A stretch of 58,066 nucleotides of DNA, filler included, from Sluysia triapertura (Eukaryota): assembly GCA_046118255.1 (NCBI GenBank). It is 4 parts of 4 records of this genome, joined end to end, with 100 filler letters (N's around TTAATTAATTAA, not from the genome) between each part and the next. Parts side by side here need not be neighbours in the genome. Positions count along the whole stretch, not along the records: positions 26,644 to 43,221 come from JBJNIA010200931.1; 3 more parts are not named here. One strand, given 5' to 3'. Shown here in pieces: positions 26,644-40,600 of the stretch. Numbering within the stretch: position 1 is the first letter of the stretch; every line of letters starts with the position of its first letter. The notes beneath the pieces are model-generated. The model made no database searches, had not been told where the DNA came from, and was given only the letters and a program-made list of their open reading frames with translations. A program made the translations under genes and the position numbers.

Positions 26644-28929
26644 CTTTTTATGCAAGGAGATTCTATGTTGTGAAATAAAAACTACTGTGGATGTATACAA
26701 ATTCTATTCAAATAAAATTACATTTTGTTACTTTTATCGCCCTCAACAATTTAATGGAAATAATTTGAAGTGCCTTAAGCACAAGTTATGTAATAGTAAT
26801 AATCAAAAACTTTGTAAAGCATACAAATTCTCTAAGCTAAAAAAGGATATTTTTAATGTATATAAAAATATAAACACAATAAAATTATATCGGACCACAA
26901 TAACAACATTGAATAGGGAATTCTTTTCATAGCTAACTGACTAAAAAAACCTGTAACTGTGTACTCCATAGGGATATAAAACACAATACTACAGGCGAAC
27001 TCTTTTAAACATATCATAATTGTTTGAATCCAAGTAAAGGACTAGCAATAAACTGAATATTTTTATACTTTAAAGTGCTTGAAGTGGCTTCTAGTACATT
27101 GTTAAATTCTAACAAATATAAGTCAGTTTCGACATTATATATTTTACTTATTTCTAATTGGAATAAATGTTATTTTGGTTGAAATTTAATGTATTGGTTT
27201 TTATACTGTTTGCGGGTTTGATGCATCTGATGAACCATAAAAAATTATTCATCATAAGATTATCGTATGTTTCAAGCTTAGTCTTCTTTTCATATATCTG
27301 GCAAAAGCTATTAAAATTCAGAAAATACAAAGCATTAATACATCTGGTAAGATCTTTTATTTTAAATGAATTGTAATGCTTTCTGTTTAAAAATACATAT
27401 TTTGACAATAACCCTGCACCTTTATTAGACAAAATAAATGTTAGGTGTTTAGCACGCGTAGTATAAAAATGTAGTTGTTTATATTAACAAAACTTTATAA
27501 ATGATGGGATTATTGTAAAATTTTACGATACAACGATAATGTTTCCATGTTGCTGGTAAGTTAATTTATTCTTATTTTACTTTATTTTTAAAAACTATTT
27601 TATTTGGGAAAAGGTTCCACTTTATTTATTTATAAAAGTTGTTTTCGGAGAAGTTTATCCTTATTGCTATTTTTTGGGAAGTTTCCATTTTTATGTTTGC
27701 TGCATCACCCTGGTTTATCGAAAAATTTATTGACATTTTCTTAAAATTAGTTGTTCAATGTTTTAGTATTGTTTTGTATTAATAATAGTTTTTAGTTATT
27801 TTCGATAATTGTGAAATTGCTTATTATGATTGTTTAATTGTAGCATTTTCATTATATTAAATATAATTGAGTTTGAATTTTTATTTTGATTTATTGAGTC
27901 TTGAAATTAAAGTTGAGATACAATAAATTAACTTAAATTGAATACTTTAAAAGTTGCAACACTAGCTCTTTTTGTTAATTTAAATTCAAAAGGTCTTTTA
28001 CAATTGCTACAATGCTGAATAAATAAGTACGAATACTTAAATGCATTGTATTTACTGATAATGAGTAATCAAGGCGTTTGGCCTTATTTAAATCTGTAAG
28101 GTAATGACATTTGTGAGATATATAAGTGAAATAAATTTTGTAAATAGATATAAATGTTTTAAACACATAAAATTATTTTGTAAATAAAATTAAATTAAAA
28201 ATATGAATATTTTGTTAAAATCAAACCTTTATTTGTTAAAATAAAATAATTTTTAATTACACCAATTTTATTAGAAAAAAGTAATAATCTTATTTTTATG
28301 ACTACTTTCAGTGAAAATAAAACACTGAATTTTTATGAGTATGTTATGAACACCTCTGGATATATATAAGTGATAAGATTCTTTTAATAAAGCAATAAGG
28401 GATTTTAACAGATAAGTGAAGAACGCGTAGAAGCTAATTCATCGGAGAAATTATACCAACTGAATTTCTAAAAGCTAATATATCTAAGAAGTTTCACCAA
28501 TCCCCCTTAGGAAATAATTCATCGGAAAAAGTCTTAACAATTCAAATTTAAAGGACTATTACAATACAACTACGTTCCATGATTGTAAGTTTAATTTTGA
28601 TAAGGCTTGTCTTGCATATGTAATACTTAAAGTAGACTTAAAATCATTTTTACTTTTCAAGATTGTGATAAAACAACCTCAGTATCATTTATAAAATCTT
28701 AAAAAATATTAGAATTCAGATCTAATATTTTAACGATATTTCGGAACAGAAAATGTGTGGAAACGCATGAAATTACAAGAGTATAAAGAATTAATGTAAA
28801 CGATGAATAGAAACAAGAAAGTATTGTTGAAGTAAGATGATGAAGTTAGGTATGGAGTGATTGTTATGAAATAGGAGAATCCAAACATGAGGTTGAAATG
28901 TTTGTAAAATTGTTTGTTTGGAAATGAGA

Positions 28930-29330
28930 ACCTTAAACATTTTCCATTACAAAATTGAGTGTGAGGAATTGAAAATTAATTAAAATGTAAAAACTAAAGT
29001 TAAATTCATTATTTTTAAGTATGTCAATAATAATAATAATTGTTATTTTAATGTAAGAAATGATTCATGAAAAACTAGATCGAGTAGAGTAGAAGAAAAA
29101 TGAGAGTTGATTGTTAATCGAATTGTTTTGTTTTTCTTGACAGGTCGTACCATGTAAGTGTCAAGGTTTAATCTTTAAAAGAGGTTTTGATGATTTGTGT
29201 AAGAGTAATTCCTGATTGCGAATGTATAAATGATTGGATGACATAAAAGTATAAATGAGAACACTTAGGCATTTTTACTCACACACTTAAAAAGGATCCG
29301 AAAAGAAGATCCATGCTTTTGATAACATAT
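28930..29330 (+). repeat. Direct repeat family C, copy 1
   Basis: Shares GAAAATTAATTAAA, TAAATTCATTATTTTTA, TGTTATTTTAATGT, GAGTAGAGTA, AAAGAGGTTT.GATGATTTGTGT and ATCCATGCTTT in the same order with 31895-32200. Confidence 0.8.
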
Positions 29331-30039
29331 TATTTTAATATTTTTTTAATATTGATTTTAATTAAGAATATTTTATTGATCTATTTAAAATAAATTTTTA
29401 AATATTGATTTAATAAAGAATAGTTTGCTATAATAGTTAAATTTTGTAGTTACTGATCTAGTTAAAGTAAATTTCTTATTTTAAATAGATATTGTTAAGG
29501 AATATTTTGTCATATAGACTGAAAGTTTATTATTTGAGCTAATAAAGTAAAATTTTATTTTAAATAAATATTAAGGTATATTTTGTCCGAACATTTTCCA
29601 TTTTCTTCTATATTTAGTTAAAACTAAAGTATATTTGGGGAATTCACTCTCTCACATTTTGTAATCAATTTTGTTATTTAGGGTGATCTCCGATTGATTT
29701 TAATTTAAATAAGTGATACCCCTTTTTAAGTGGGTTTGTATCATGTTAAATTGACATTTTTAGAGTTTATCAGACAATTGTTATTTTGTAGATTGCTTAA
29801 AACATATTAAGGTTTTGTTTTTTTGACATTGTTATTGACTATTAATATTAATATTATTGAATATCGACTTTATTTGACTATTCGACAAAAATTTTATCGT
29901 TGTAATAAAATATTGCTGAAAATTTCTATTATTAATTTTATATTTGCTAATAATAATTTTTTCAGTATTTTAATATAATATCCCAAGAAATTAATGGAAT
30001 AATAAATTTATTTTTCTCTACGAATTTTTTATATAATAC

Positions 30040-30460
30040 GTTGTGTGTCAACCGTATTCAAACATAAACTTGAAATATACTTTACTTACATCGGAACGTA
30101 TTTAACTTTAATTTTAAATTATAAAAACTAATTAAAAAACTAATCTACGTCAATGTGCTCGTAACACTTTATCATTGAAAATACTAATAAAACTCATCAT
30201 TATGTAATAAATATAATATTACTTTATCAAAAGCAAACATTTTTATTAAGTTATTAAATTAAACAAATTAATTAACAAATATACTTTAATACTTTAATAA
30301 ATGAAAACCTTATAAAGAGTTATTTCTCCGAATTTTTCATTCTTTAATTCTTTTATATGCTTATTTTGGTATTGAAATTCATCATAATACCTTAATTCTT
30401 CAATAATATTTATTTTATTTGTTATCATGAGCCTAACTCTTATGTTTATTCTTGTCCTTA
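30040..30460 (+). repeat. Dispersed repeat family B, copy 1
   Basis: Colinear similarity (ACATCGGAAC.TATTTAA, CTAATTAAAA, GTGCT.CGTAAC, AATAAAACT, ACCTTATAAAG.GTT) with 35600-36050 and 46150-46620. Confidence 0.8.
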
Positions 30461-31042
30461 ACTAGTCGCAGCAATTTCTACAACTCTAATAATACTTATG
30501 ACAAATCCAAATACAATGATGTCTATAATAATGATTTCTACACCTCAAGCTATATTCATGACGATTCATGTCTGTAACGTGAATATAATGTTGATTTCTA
30601 CAAATTAGATAGAATCAAGCCAGAAACGAGCGTTTGAAACAATCCTAGTAGATATAAAGTAAGACGCATTCTTTACTATATTCTTTTTCATTATACTCTA
30701 GTTTATTTTCTTATTTATTATGTAAACAAAATATTTACGTTTTACTTTTTGTCTTTTTCTAAAATGGAAATTCATCTCCATAAACCACGGTGACAATAAT
30801 AGTTTGATAAATATTATTTTCATGTTTAAATTTAAAATTTTGAGCGTTTGCGGAATAACTAACAGTAATGAGTTATTAATTTTCAAAATAATTATAAACC
30901 AATCTAATGCATTTGCTAAACACGTAACTAATGATACATTCAGCAATTTAATAAACGTTCCACCAATCTGTGTTAAATCTCACATCCAATATTTACAGAA
31001 TAAACAAACCTTTCAGTTGTCCTTATTAAACACCTAAATAAA

Positions 31043-31060
31043 TGGTGTCAGGAGTGGGAT
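31043..31060 (+). mobile_element. LTR-retrotransposon primer-binding site complementary to tRNA-Leu 3' end
   Basis: TGGTGTCAGGAGTGGGAT is the reverse complement of ATCCCACTCCTGACACCA, the 3' 18 nt (with CCA) of eukaryotic tRNA-Leu(CAG); a common gypsy PBS. AATAAA lies just upstream. Confidence 0.8.
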
Positions 31061-31894
31061 CATTCTCTAAAAATACCTTGTTAAACTTTAAAATACCTGT
31101 TATACCTTTTTAATTCAGTTATCATAAAGTCTTTAAAATCTTTAAATACATATATATAACAATTATTATATAGTTATTTACTGATAATATTATAACGATT
31201 CCTAAATAACTTGTGTTGAATAACATTACTGTCAATTTCTTAGTATTCGTGTAGCACTTGTAATTTGATTTTTTTATAATATAATTTAACTCTTCACTAG
31301 ATTAAATAAAATATATTATATTTAAATATTATTTTTAATTGATCCTTTTAAAGTTTATCAACGATAAAATTTTTTAAATTATATAATTTTAATTCATTGT
31401 AAAATATTCATTAATGTTATTATATTCGATATTTAAATCTTTGTGTTAGGTTCTATTTAAACAGATCGTTAATAAAAGTAATTAAATCATTAATCTCGAG
31501 ATTAGGCAGAAATTGAATAAAAGCACATAATAAGATTTAAAATTTTGTTAACTGCGCCTAAGGGCGGGTTGAGAATTAAAAGTCGTTATGCGAAATCTAT
31601 TCTTATTAAACTATTTCGAATAAGAGCTTTTGTTAGGATTGCCCAACTGCGGATCTGGAGATTACTGAAAATATATAAAATCATAAAATAAGGGAAAAAC
31701 TGATACAAGCGATGGATTGAAAATTATAAACATTGTTGAAATAAGAATCATGAAAGAGGAATCACTTATAATAATCTTAACAGATAAAGAATATCTTAAG
31801 GTTTCAAAGACCTACATAAGGGTTTGAGACCTTATAAAAGCTTAAGATGGACTTGAAAAACCTTTGGAAGTATTAGGGTACCTTTTGAACCTTG

Positions 31895-32200
31895 GAACGT
31901 AAAACATTTTTCACTAGAAAATTGGGTGTGAAAATAGAAAATTAATTAAATAATAGAAAGTGAAATTAAATTCATTATTTTTATGCTGATTGTTATTTTA
32001 ATGTGAGAAGTAATTTAAATAAAAATAGATTGAGTAGAGTAAAAGGAAGTTGCTATTGTCGGTTTGATTCTCAAAGAGGTTTGGATGATTTGTGTGAGAG
32101 AGTGTTTGGTTGTAATGAAAGATTATAAAATAGAAGTTTCTAAATTTTTACGACACAATGATACTACAAGAAAATCCATGCTTTGGGTAAGGATAATACA
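31895..32200 (+). repeat. Direct repeat family C, copy 2
   Basis: Colinear match to 28930-29330. Confidence 0.8.
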
Positions 32201-32282
32201 TTTCATTTAATTATTTTAATTATTATTTTGATTATTATTATTATTTCATTTGATATTTTAGTGGGACTATTTTTATATTTTG

Positions 32283-32417
32283 TAATATCATTTGGTGGGA
32301 GATTCCCTTTGCTATTTTATTTTAAAATACTAAATTTATTTTTATTTTTAAGGGATTTTAATATCATTTGGTGGGAGACTCCCTTTGCTATTTTATTGTT
32401 AAAATATTAAGTTTATT
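32283..32417 (+). repeat. Local tandem duplication, 76-nt period
   Basis: ATATCATTTGGTGGGAGA(T/C)TCCCTTTGCTATTTTATT at 32285 and 32361. Confidence 0.85.
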
Positions 32418-35400
32418 CACCAATAATATTTTTAACTTTCTGGATATTGATATTTTTCAGTCTCTGTTACGTCATTTCTGGTCTTTTAGTTGGATTTTAG
32501 TGTCTTTATTATTATTATAATTCTGTCATTTTAGTTATTTTAGTATTTTTAGTGGAGATTCATAGTAACAGTAAATTATATATTTTTAATTTTTGTTTAA
32601 TAGTAAATTATTGTGTTATTTTGATTTGATTTCAAAGAGTTTAATTTTGGGGGTAAATAATTATTGATATTAAGTAAGAGAATTACTTAAAATTATACTT
32701 GATATAGTGACTACTTAAATCATTAAGATTCTTTTAAGCTGATCAAGTTAATATTGAGTTGTAATAATTAATAAAAATTTTAAAGACGTAACATTTGAAC
32801 ATCTTTGATTAAAGTTGGTGATTCGGATTTATGATACCTGAATTTTCCTTGAATTGCCTTTGGACTCAATTAATCCTTATTATCATAGATCTGGTTTTTT
32901 TAAAAAAATTCTTTAAAATTATAACTGTAAGTTCTGTTTTTCTAAGACACGAAATTTGACGAAAAATTTGTCCAACGTTTAAATAATCTCTAATTTTATT
33001 TAGAGAAAATCTCATTTTTAAAATTTCAAAATATGTCAGAAGTTTTCTGTCTAATAATAAATTATAATTTTATTTTATTTATATTTTGTTTATAATAACT
33101 TTATTTTACTGTCGTAATTATTATTTAAAGACTTTATTATAAGAAACCTTGGTGATTTTGAATTTTGTCGTTTACTATTTGAATCTACGAAGAAATTTAA
33201 AGTTAAAAGTTGATTCAATTTAGTACTAAGAAACTAAAGTTTGAATTGAAATAACACGTTTTAATCTTGAAAATTTTAACTAAAATCTAGTTAAATGAAG
33301 TATTATAAAAATGAAATTAAAGTTAAAAATTAATAATCAGTCGAAGTTATTATTAAAGAGAAATTGTTATGATTTTAAAAGTTAACCGACCAAAATTTAA
33401 ATTCGTTTTTAGTGAAGTTGTTGATAAATAATAATTAGTTGAATTAAATTATTTGCTCCAAGATAAAAATAAAATTTGAAGAATTCAAAGATAAGATTAT
33501 AAGTAACAAGCATTATAAGAGTTTGCTATACATCTAAGTAAACTATAGAAAAATTTCAAATTAATTCTTAAAATTGTTCTTTTAAGTTTATTGTCCGGGA
33601 TAGTAAATTTCATATTAAAGGGGTTCAGTTAAAATTGTAATATTTAACCATTGTGCATACATTTTGTTGTATTAAGTAATTGTCAGAGTGTATTAGGCAT
33701 ATTTTGTACTTTATAATTTATAATTTATATAATAATTCTTTTTATGTTTATCAATAATTATTTTTATTTTAATAAATTTCAAATAAAATAAATTTTAAGT
33801 TGAAATAAAATTTAAATTTTAAAAAATATAAATTCTAAAATTTCAAATATTTCAAAAAATTACATTATTAAAATTTTAAAATGAGGATTTTAATATTTTA
33901 GTATTTATTATTTATTTTAAATAAAATAAAATTTTGTTTAAATAAATCACAATTAAATTATTTCTTTATTTTTCTTTAAAAGAATAAATTTAATAAATAA
34001 TAGACATCTTCCAATATGGAGTTAATCAATTTTATATAAATAGGTAACTTTTTTAACATGGAAAACAAATTCTTTAGATCAAATTTTTGTACAGTTCTTT
34101 CGAATAAGATTTCAGAAGATAAATTTTCCATGCTTTCCAAGTAATTTTTTATTGTTAGGGTTTAGTAAAATATACGAAAAATCATTTTTATTTTGATACA
34201 ACACCTTAATACGGGTTGCGAAACTTATTTTAAAATCTTCTAAAACTGCTAACCGAGGTTGAGTAGTTAGCTAACTTATCGTTATTATAATTTTAATCTT
34301 TGTAAGAATTTTAATTAGTTTTTTCTTTATCGATAATATATTTTAAGAGTATTAGATTGCTTTTAATCAAGAGTGTAATAAATTTATAAAATTCATTTTT
34401 GTTAAGGAACACTATAATACGCGTTGCGTAATTATAAAATCTGTAATTTTAATTAAACAACACCTTTTAAAGGGTTTTATTATAAATTAATTGATTAGTT
34501 ACAAGTGATTAATCATTGTCATATTAGCCGTAAGTCATAAGTAAAAAGCTTTTCTAAAGTTGATTAAGTTAAGTTATAAAAAGTCCTAATAGTACGTCTC
34601 CAATAGTGGCATAAATTGTATATATTAGGCGAACCGACCCCTTAGATGTTTTGTAAGTAAGACTAAGATTTTTAAGTTTTCAGAAGAAACACTTGCATGA
34701 TTTATTAAAGGTAAGACCATTATTTAAATTATAAATCAAATATTTAAAATACGTTTATTTGTATAAATAAATATTAAAGCAAGATTTCTTAAGTAGATAA
34801 ATTTTAGTTAATTTCCTGACAAAGAATATGAGTATGATCTTAAATAATTAATCACCCTAATTCATTTAGTTGGCATTGAATAATTTATCGAGAATAAGAT
34901 TCAGTAAGTTAATGTATCAAAGTGTTTAATACGTTTTGTTTGTATAAAATAAGTGTTAAAGTCAAGACATTTTAAGTAGTTAGACCCTCGTTTAAAAAAA
35001 TTAAGATTTAATTTGTTAGTAGTTAAGATAAGAACAAACACTAACACAATAATAGTAATTATTTTTGCAGAAAGAAGACTGATTCAATATATTAGTGGAA
35101 AACGCTGATTGTATCTTATAGTTCTTTAGTAATCGAACTAAAATTTCTTTTTAACCGACTTATTCTAGGTTAGTTTGGCCTTAAGTTTTTTGTTAATTTA
35201 TTGTTATTTGGGTACTAACCTTTGTATATGTTGTGTAACCCATGAGATTGACTATTATAATTGTTTTCTATTTTATTGAATTATATTGAGATTGATTACT
35301 TATAAAATTATTCATTCATTTTAGTTGGTCATAAACCCATCAATTTTAATAATTTAATTTTACTATTAATTTCCAATTTCATTGTCTTCTGCAAGTACCC

Positions 35401-35599
35401 AAAGATAATGGAATTTGTGATAAACAATCTCCTTATCTTTTCATTATAACTCAGTCAAAATTTAATATAATTATTACACTAATATTTTGTTACTAACATA
35501 ATTTGTCAACTTAAAATTAACAAAAATAATCAAATATAAAATTTATTTTCTAGAGGAAGTTTTTTATACAATAGATCATGCGTAAACCGTACGTCGCAC

Positions 35600-36050
35600 G
35601 TCGATTTCAATAACATGTCTGAGTTTGTATCATCGTATCAAGTTAATATAATCTTTAATTATACTTAAACATGTATAAATTTAACTTTAGATTAAAAAAC
35701 TAATTAAAATAACTAATTTTTACGTTATTTGCATCGACGTGCTTCGTAACTTTTCAACATTAAGAATATTAATAAAATTCAGCATTACACACTAATTCTA
35801 ATCTTGTTTTATCAATATCAAAATATTTTCACTAAATTATCAAATTAAGCAATTTTTTACTTAATTAATTATAAGTACTTTAATTTTTTTAATAAGACCT
35901 TATAAAGGGTTCTTTCTTCGCATCTTTCATTCTTTTATTATGATATAAATATTTATACACGTATTTTATCGTAATGTTTTATCTTAATCAATCAATAATA
36001 TTTACTTTATTTTTATATTATGAGTTATAACTCTTGTGTTCCTCTTTATC
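35600..36050 (+). repeat. Dispersed repeat family B, copy 2
   Basis: Colinear match to 30040-30460 and 46150-46620. Confidence 0.8.
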
Positions 36051-36239
36051 ATAAAGTTCAAAGTTAATAATACTTACTATAAATTCAAACTTAATAATAA
36101 CAAAAATATTTTAAAAAAGTAATAAAAAAATATTTTTTATTACAACAAAAATATAAATATCCAGATATATTTGTATAATAATGCATAATCCGCACTTAAT
36201 TGAACTTAAAATAGTAATATATTTGCTTAAATCCTTAAA

Positions 36240-36909
36240 TTAAGAATGATTAATTTGGATAGTGGATCGCACAGGTTTATCATTATTTTGTTGGTTTACG
36301 GACTTAAACGGTGCTTCTAGAACCAAAGTACTATTTTCCGTGAATACAGCTTTTAATTGGGTGATATCAACATTTGTTGGTAAACAATGTTCTTCGGTAA
36401 ATTCTTTTAAATTTGAAAATCCTGACGTACCACGATCTTCATGCCTACCAGTAATTATCACCTGAAAAAGTTCAAATAATTTTATTTAATATGATTACTA
36501 CAAAAAAAGATTACGTATACAGTAAAGTAATCTATAACATACTTTATCATTTTCGGTACGAATTTTGATGTCTTCTGGTCGATATATTGAATCTAAAATC
36601 ATTTCTTCACTATATATATTTGATCCTGGTTTGGTAGTATTTCTTAAATATTTTAAGCAGAAGTTTTCCTTGCAATTATTGTAACTAGTCGATAATGACG
36701 GAATCATAAAAGTATCACTTTTGTGATTGTTTATAAAACAAGTATTGTTATTAGAATCATTAAAAGTTGAAGTTGTTTGCAAATTATCGTAACATTTAGA
36801 TCCATTTATTGGAATTGTTGCATATGAGTTTGTATTTAATTCAGAACTATTATTGCAAGTAGAACTTTGTGTTCTTGTAGTACTGTAAGTTTTAGTATTA
36901 CTTTGGGTT
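36240..36909 (-). CDS. Small heat-shock protein (alpha-crystallin/HSP20 domain), last two exons 36909-36543 and 36461-36240
   Basis: An 81-nt phase-0 GT-AG intron (36462-36542) joins LDSIYRPEDIKIRTENDK to VIITGRHEDRG...KEFTEEHCLPTNVDITQLKAVFTENSTLVLEAP, typical ACD motifs, with a C-terminal IQI (IXI) motif. The upstream exon and start were not identified. Confidence 0.85.
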
Positions 36910-37160
36910 CTAAATAATTAATAATTATTTACATAATCTGTATTTATGTATTATGTTTACTCAATAATTACTAATCAAATAACAAATTTTACATTACTTT
37001 ATATCAAGTTTAACATTCAATAAAATGTATTACTCAATTCTTAATTCTTAATAAGATAATTGACTAAGCTTTTGATTTGTTTTGCTTTGATATAATATTA
37101 TACTTTTAATGTTTTCAAACGTTTCGTTTATACAAATTATTTTCATGTATTTTACTCAAT

Positions 37161-37637
37161 TTGCAAAGATATTTAGTTTTATGTATTACCGATACAGTTC
37201 CTAATAATAGAATGGTTGGCGGATATGGTTTAACAAAAATTGTTTCTAATGCGCAGATAGTTCAGTTTGATAAAAACTTTGTGCTTAGTGTCAATGATGG
37301 AAACACTTATAGTCAATCAAGTGAACAACAAATAATTGGATCAGAAAATAATAATATTGACAATATTCATGAAACGATAATTTATACATGCACAAAATTA
37401 TGCCAAGATGTTGATCGTGATGTACGCGATTCAGTTCGTGATGTTTACTTTTTACGAGATTATTATAAACAGTCGTTACCATCCATTGTGTTTGTCAAGT
37501 CAAGTGAAGAAAATCTGGATAAATTGAATGATATCAGACAAACTAGAACTGTTCAATATAAGATCAATGAAAATGAATCGGATAGACAAAGTTTAGAAAT
37601 GGTTTTATTCAAAGATACTACAATTCCATCGTCGTAG
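37161..37637 (+). CDS. Hypothetical protein (158-codon ORF; first ATG about 37212)
   Basis: Long stop-free frame with protein-like composition in very AT-rich DNA; no motif recognised. Confidence 0.45.
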   Translation: MQRYLVLCITDTVPNNRMVGGYGLTKIVSNAQIVQFDKNFVLSVNDGNTYSQSSEQQIIGSENNNIDNIHETIIYTCTKLCQDVDRDVRDSVRDVYFLRDYYKQSLPSIVFVKSSEENLDKLNDIRQTRTVQYKINENESDRQSLEMVLFKDTTIPSS

Positions 37638-40600
37638 TATTGTTTCATATTAACTATTGTATACAATTATGTTGATAATTTGATCTCTTGATATGGGGAT
37701 TCATACAACATATGTTCAACATGGTAATTTACCAAATTTTCAGAAAGGATTGGCGCTTTCTATTTATATTACTAGGTATATTGTATTAAAAATAGTGCGC
37801 CAAAAATATATCATAAAATGCGGTTTTTAAAATAAAATAATATTTAAAGTTGAAAATCATTGTTTGCACATGAAAATGTAAATCGATATAATTTATTTAT
37901 TAATAATTTTAAAATATATAAGTAATTTTAATATTTATTGTTTACTCTATTTTCACCAAATCAATACTTTTTTTAAATTTATAATGTTGGATTGAGTTAA
38001 ATATATTTAGGTTATTGATTTTCATTATATTTATAATTCTAAGTTAAACTGTAATTATGCCCTTATTGATTCATCATTTTTCATATTTTCACTTTACTTT
38101 TAATATTATTTGGAATTAATTTTTGAAAATAACAATTTTTAACGATATTTACTTTCCATACAATAATGGAAAATTTTTTTAATAATTTCAGTAACATTTC
38201 GTGTTTATTTAAAAATATTTTTATTTGATTAAAAGATAAATAAATTAAAAAATAAATAAATTCTTAAATTTTTCAAGAGACAGAAGATTCAAATAATTTA
38301 AAATAAATTTCCGAGGCCTTTAATTTCAAATTTTATAATTTTATAAAAATATATTTTATATATGATGCTTGGTATCATTTTAAATTTAAAGTTTATGACA
38401 AAATGCAGAGTTATATTTTTATTGGCGCATTATGTACTATATGTAATGAGACAGGTATTACCAATTGCAATAACAAGTGAATGTTGCGATAAATTTTTTC
38501 TAAATACTTCAAACTATGGATTTTGTAAATTTCTGGCACTTTCGAAATATACGTTGACAGAGATTTATGTAGAAAATATATATTACGAGATTGTATATTA
38601 TGCAGTATGAAAATATTTCAGAGAAAACTGGCTCTAAACGAAGTTAATTTTGCATTGAACCGCCTCATTACTTATTTTGACAAATTCACTATATTTATTA
38701 ATATAATAAAAAAATATAAATTTGTATATTTTCATTGTTAATTATAATGTGATATAAATATTCTTTGTGATAATAATTTAATAAAATTATTAAGTATCTG
38801 TTTGGTAAATTATCTACATGAATTAATCATTGCATTACTTAGTGATTCGAATGGGTTTGGATAAAAACAAATAATAAAAAGTTTTTCTTTGTACAGTATA
38901 CTAACATTTTAATATGTAGAAAAGTTTAGAAACCAGTTTGTTCGAGTCTAGTTGTTCTAAGTACTTGTATTTTCATTTTATTACCCGTCGCGAAAAATAA
39001 TGAGATATAATAATTTTTTGTTTATTGATGCGTTTTCAATTATTTTACATAATTTTATTAGAAAGTGTCCAATAATTGAAAACAAATATATTGTTAACTA
39101 TACAATAAAGATATATTTTATATCAAAAGAATATTTTTTAATGAATTTATTTAATGTTATAAAAATTGTTTATTATTTATCTGTCATGAAATCTATTATC
39201 TTGATCAATCAACATTTAAATTTTCTCAATCTTGTAATCATTATATATAATAGGTTTGCCTCATATTTTCACTGATTATTTTACTATAATTTCTGCTTTT
39301 ATATAAAAATTTGTGATTTCAACTCAGGATAAAGACATGAGCCTAATTTATTATATATTTATATTACATTTATAATTGGCAAATTAATGACAAAAATCGC
39401 ATTATTATTATTATTATTTTATTTTTATTATTTTATTACTGAAATAAAGTATTTTTTAAAGTTTTCTAAATGACGTCATAAAGTAATATCTTTATAGAAA
39501 ACCATGTAATTTGAAAAATTAAAGTTTTCTAAGATTTGCATTACATAATTTCTGGGCAGCACAATGTTAATTATAGTTTTAATTTAAAAGATCTTTGCAA
39601 AAGTAGATAATTTTGTAGATGTAACTTACGTTGGCAACTTTGATTGTCGAAAACAATTAATTGAAGAAAAATTTCCAAAGATCTATGACTATAATGTATC
39701 AAACTGTCCATATATTAAATTTATATTGAATTATAAAAATTAAAGTCAGTTAGAGATTAAAAAATCAGAGAAATGTGATCCTTTTTTAATTAGTTTTTAT
39801 AATCTAAAATTAAATTTTAGTAAGTGACATTGACATTAAAAATAGCAAAACACCAAATTATCACAGTTCTGTAAAAATTATGTTAAAAGTTTAAAAGATA
39901 TTGAATACGAGGAAAGCACTAAAATGTTTAAGACTTATGCGGTTTTGTTATTTGTGTTGTGGATGAAAATTTTTTCCAGCTGAGTTAGTATACCACATCT
40001 TCGCGGAGAGCTTTTTAAAATAAAGACAGTTAAAACTTCGACAAGCCATTCTGCAATCAAACGTTATAAAAACGTACTTTTTACTAAATTAAGATTTTAA
40101 TTAATCATTAGACTTGGTTCTATTTTATGCTTAAATGTTTTATTAAAGTTTTAATGTTTAAGGTGAGTTTAATATACATAAGCAATAGCACTATATAATC
40201 ATCGTAATCTTTCGATTCAACAATTATTATTCAGTAATTAATAATAAACAGACACTTTGATATAAACCCTCGTATATATTAACTTGCCTAAAATAATCCA
40301 TTAACTTTCACATTAAATATAAATCTTTCTCAAAATTATTTTTAAAATAGAAATTTTTAAGAAAAACTTTAAAGGTCACCATATATATCATTGTCATTAT
40401 TATCATCATAGATATCGTCATTTTAAATAATATGTAATAAGTTATCTTGAATTTATGTATTCAAATTTAAATGTATTAAGCATCAAAAGAATTAAATTTA
40501 TCAATATTATTGATCATATGCATTTTTAATCTTTATTATTGTTATTGTGTTTGAATCATAATTATAAATTGTAAATTAAAAATTGAATTATTTTAACTAA

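Noticed and set aside
38362-39730. Possible small exons (ISGTFEIYVDRDLCRKY..., FAKVDNFVDVTYVGNFDCRK...)
   Set aside because: No recognisable family and no convincing splice chain.
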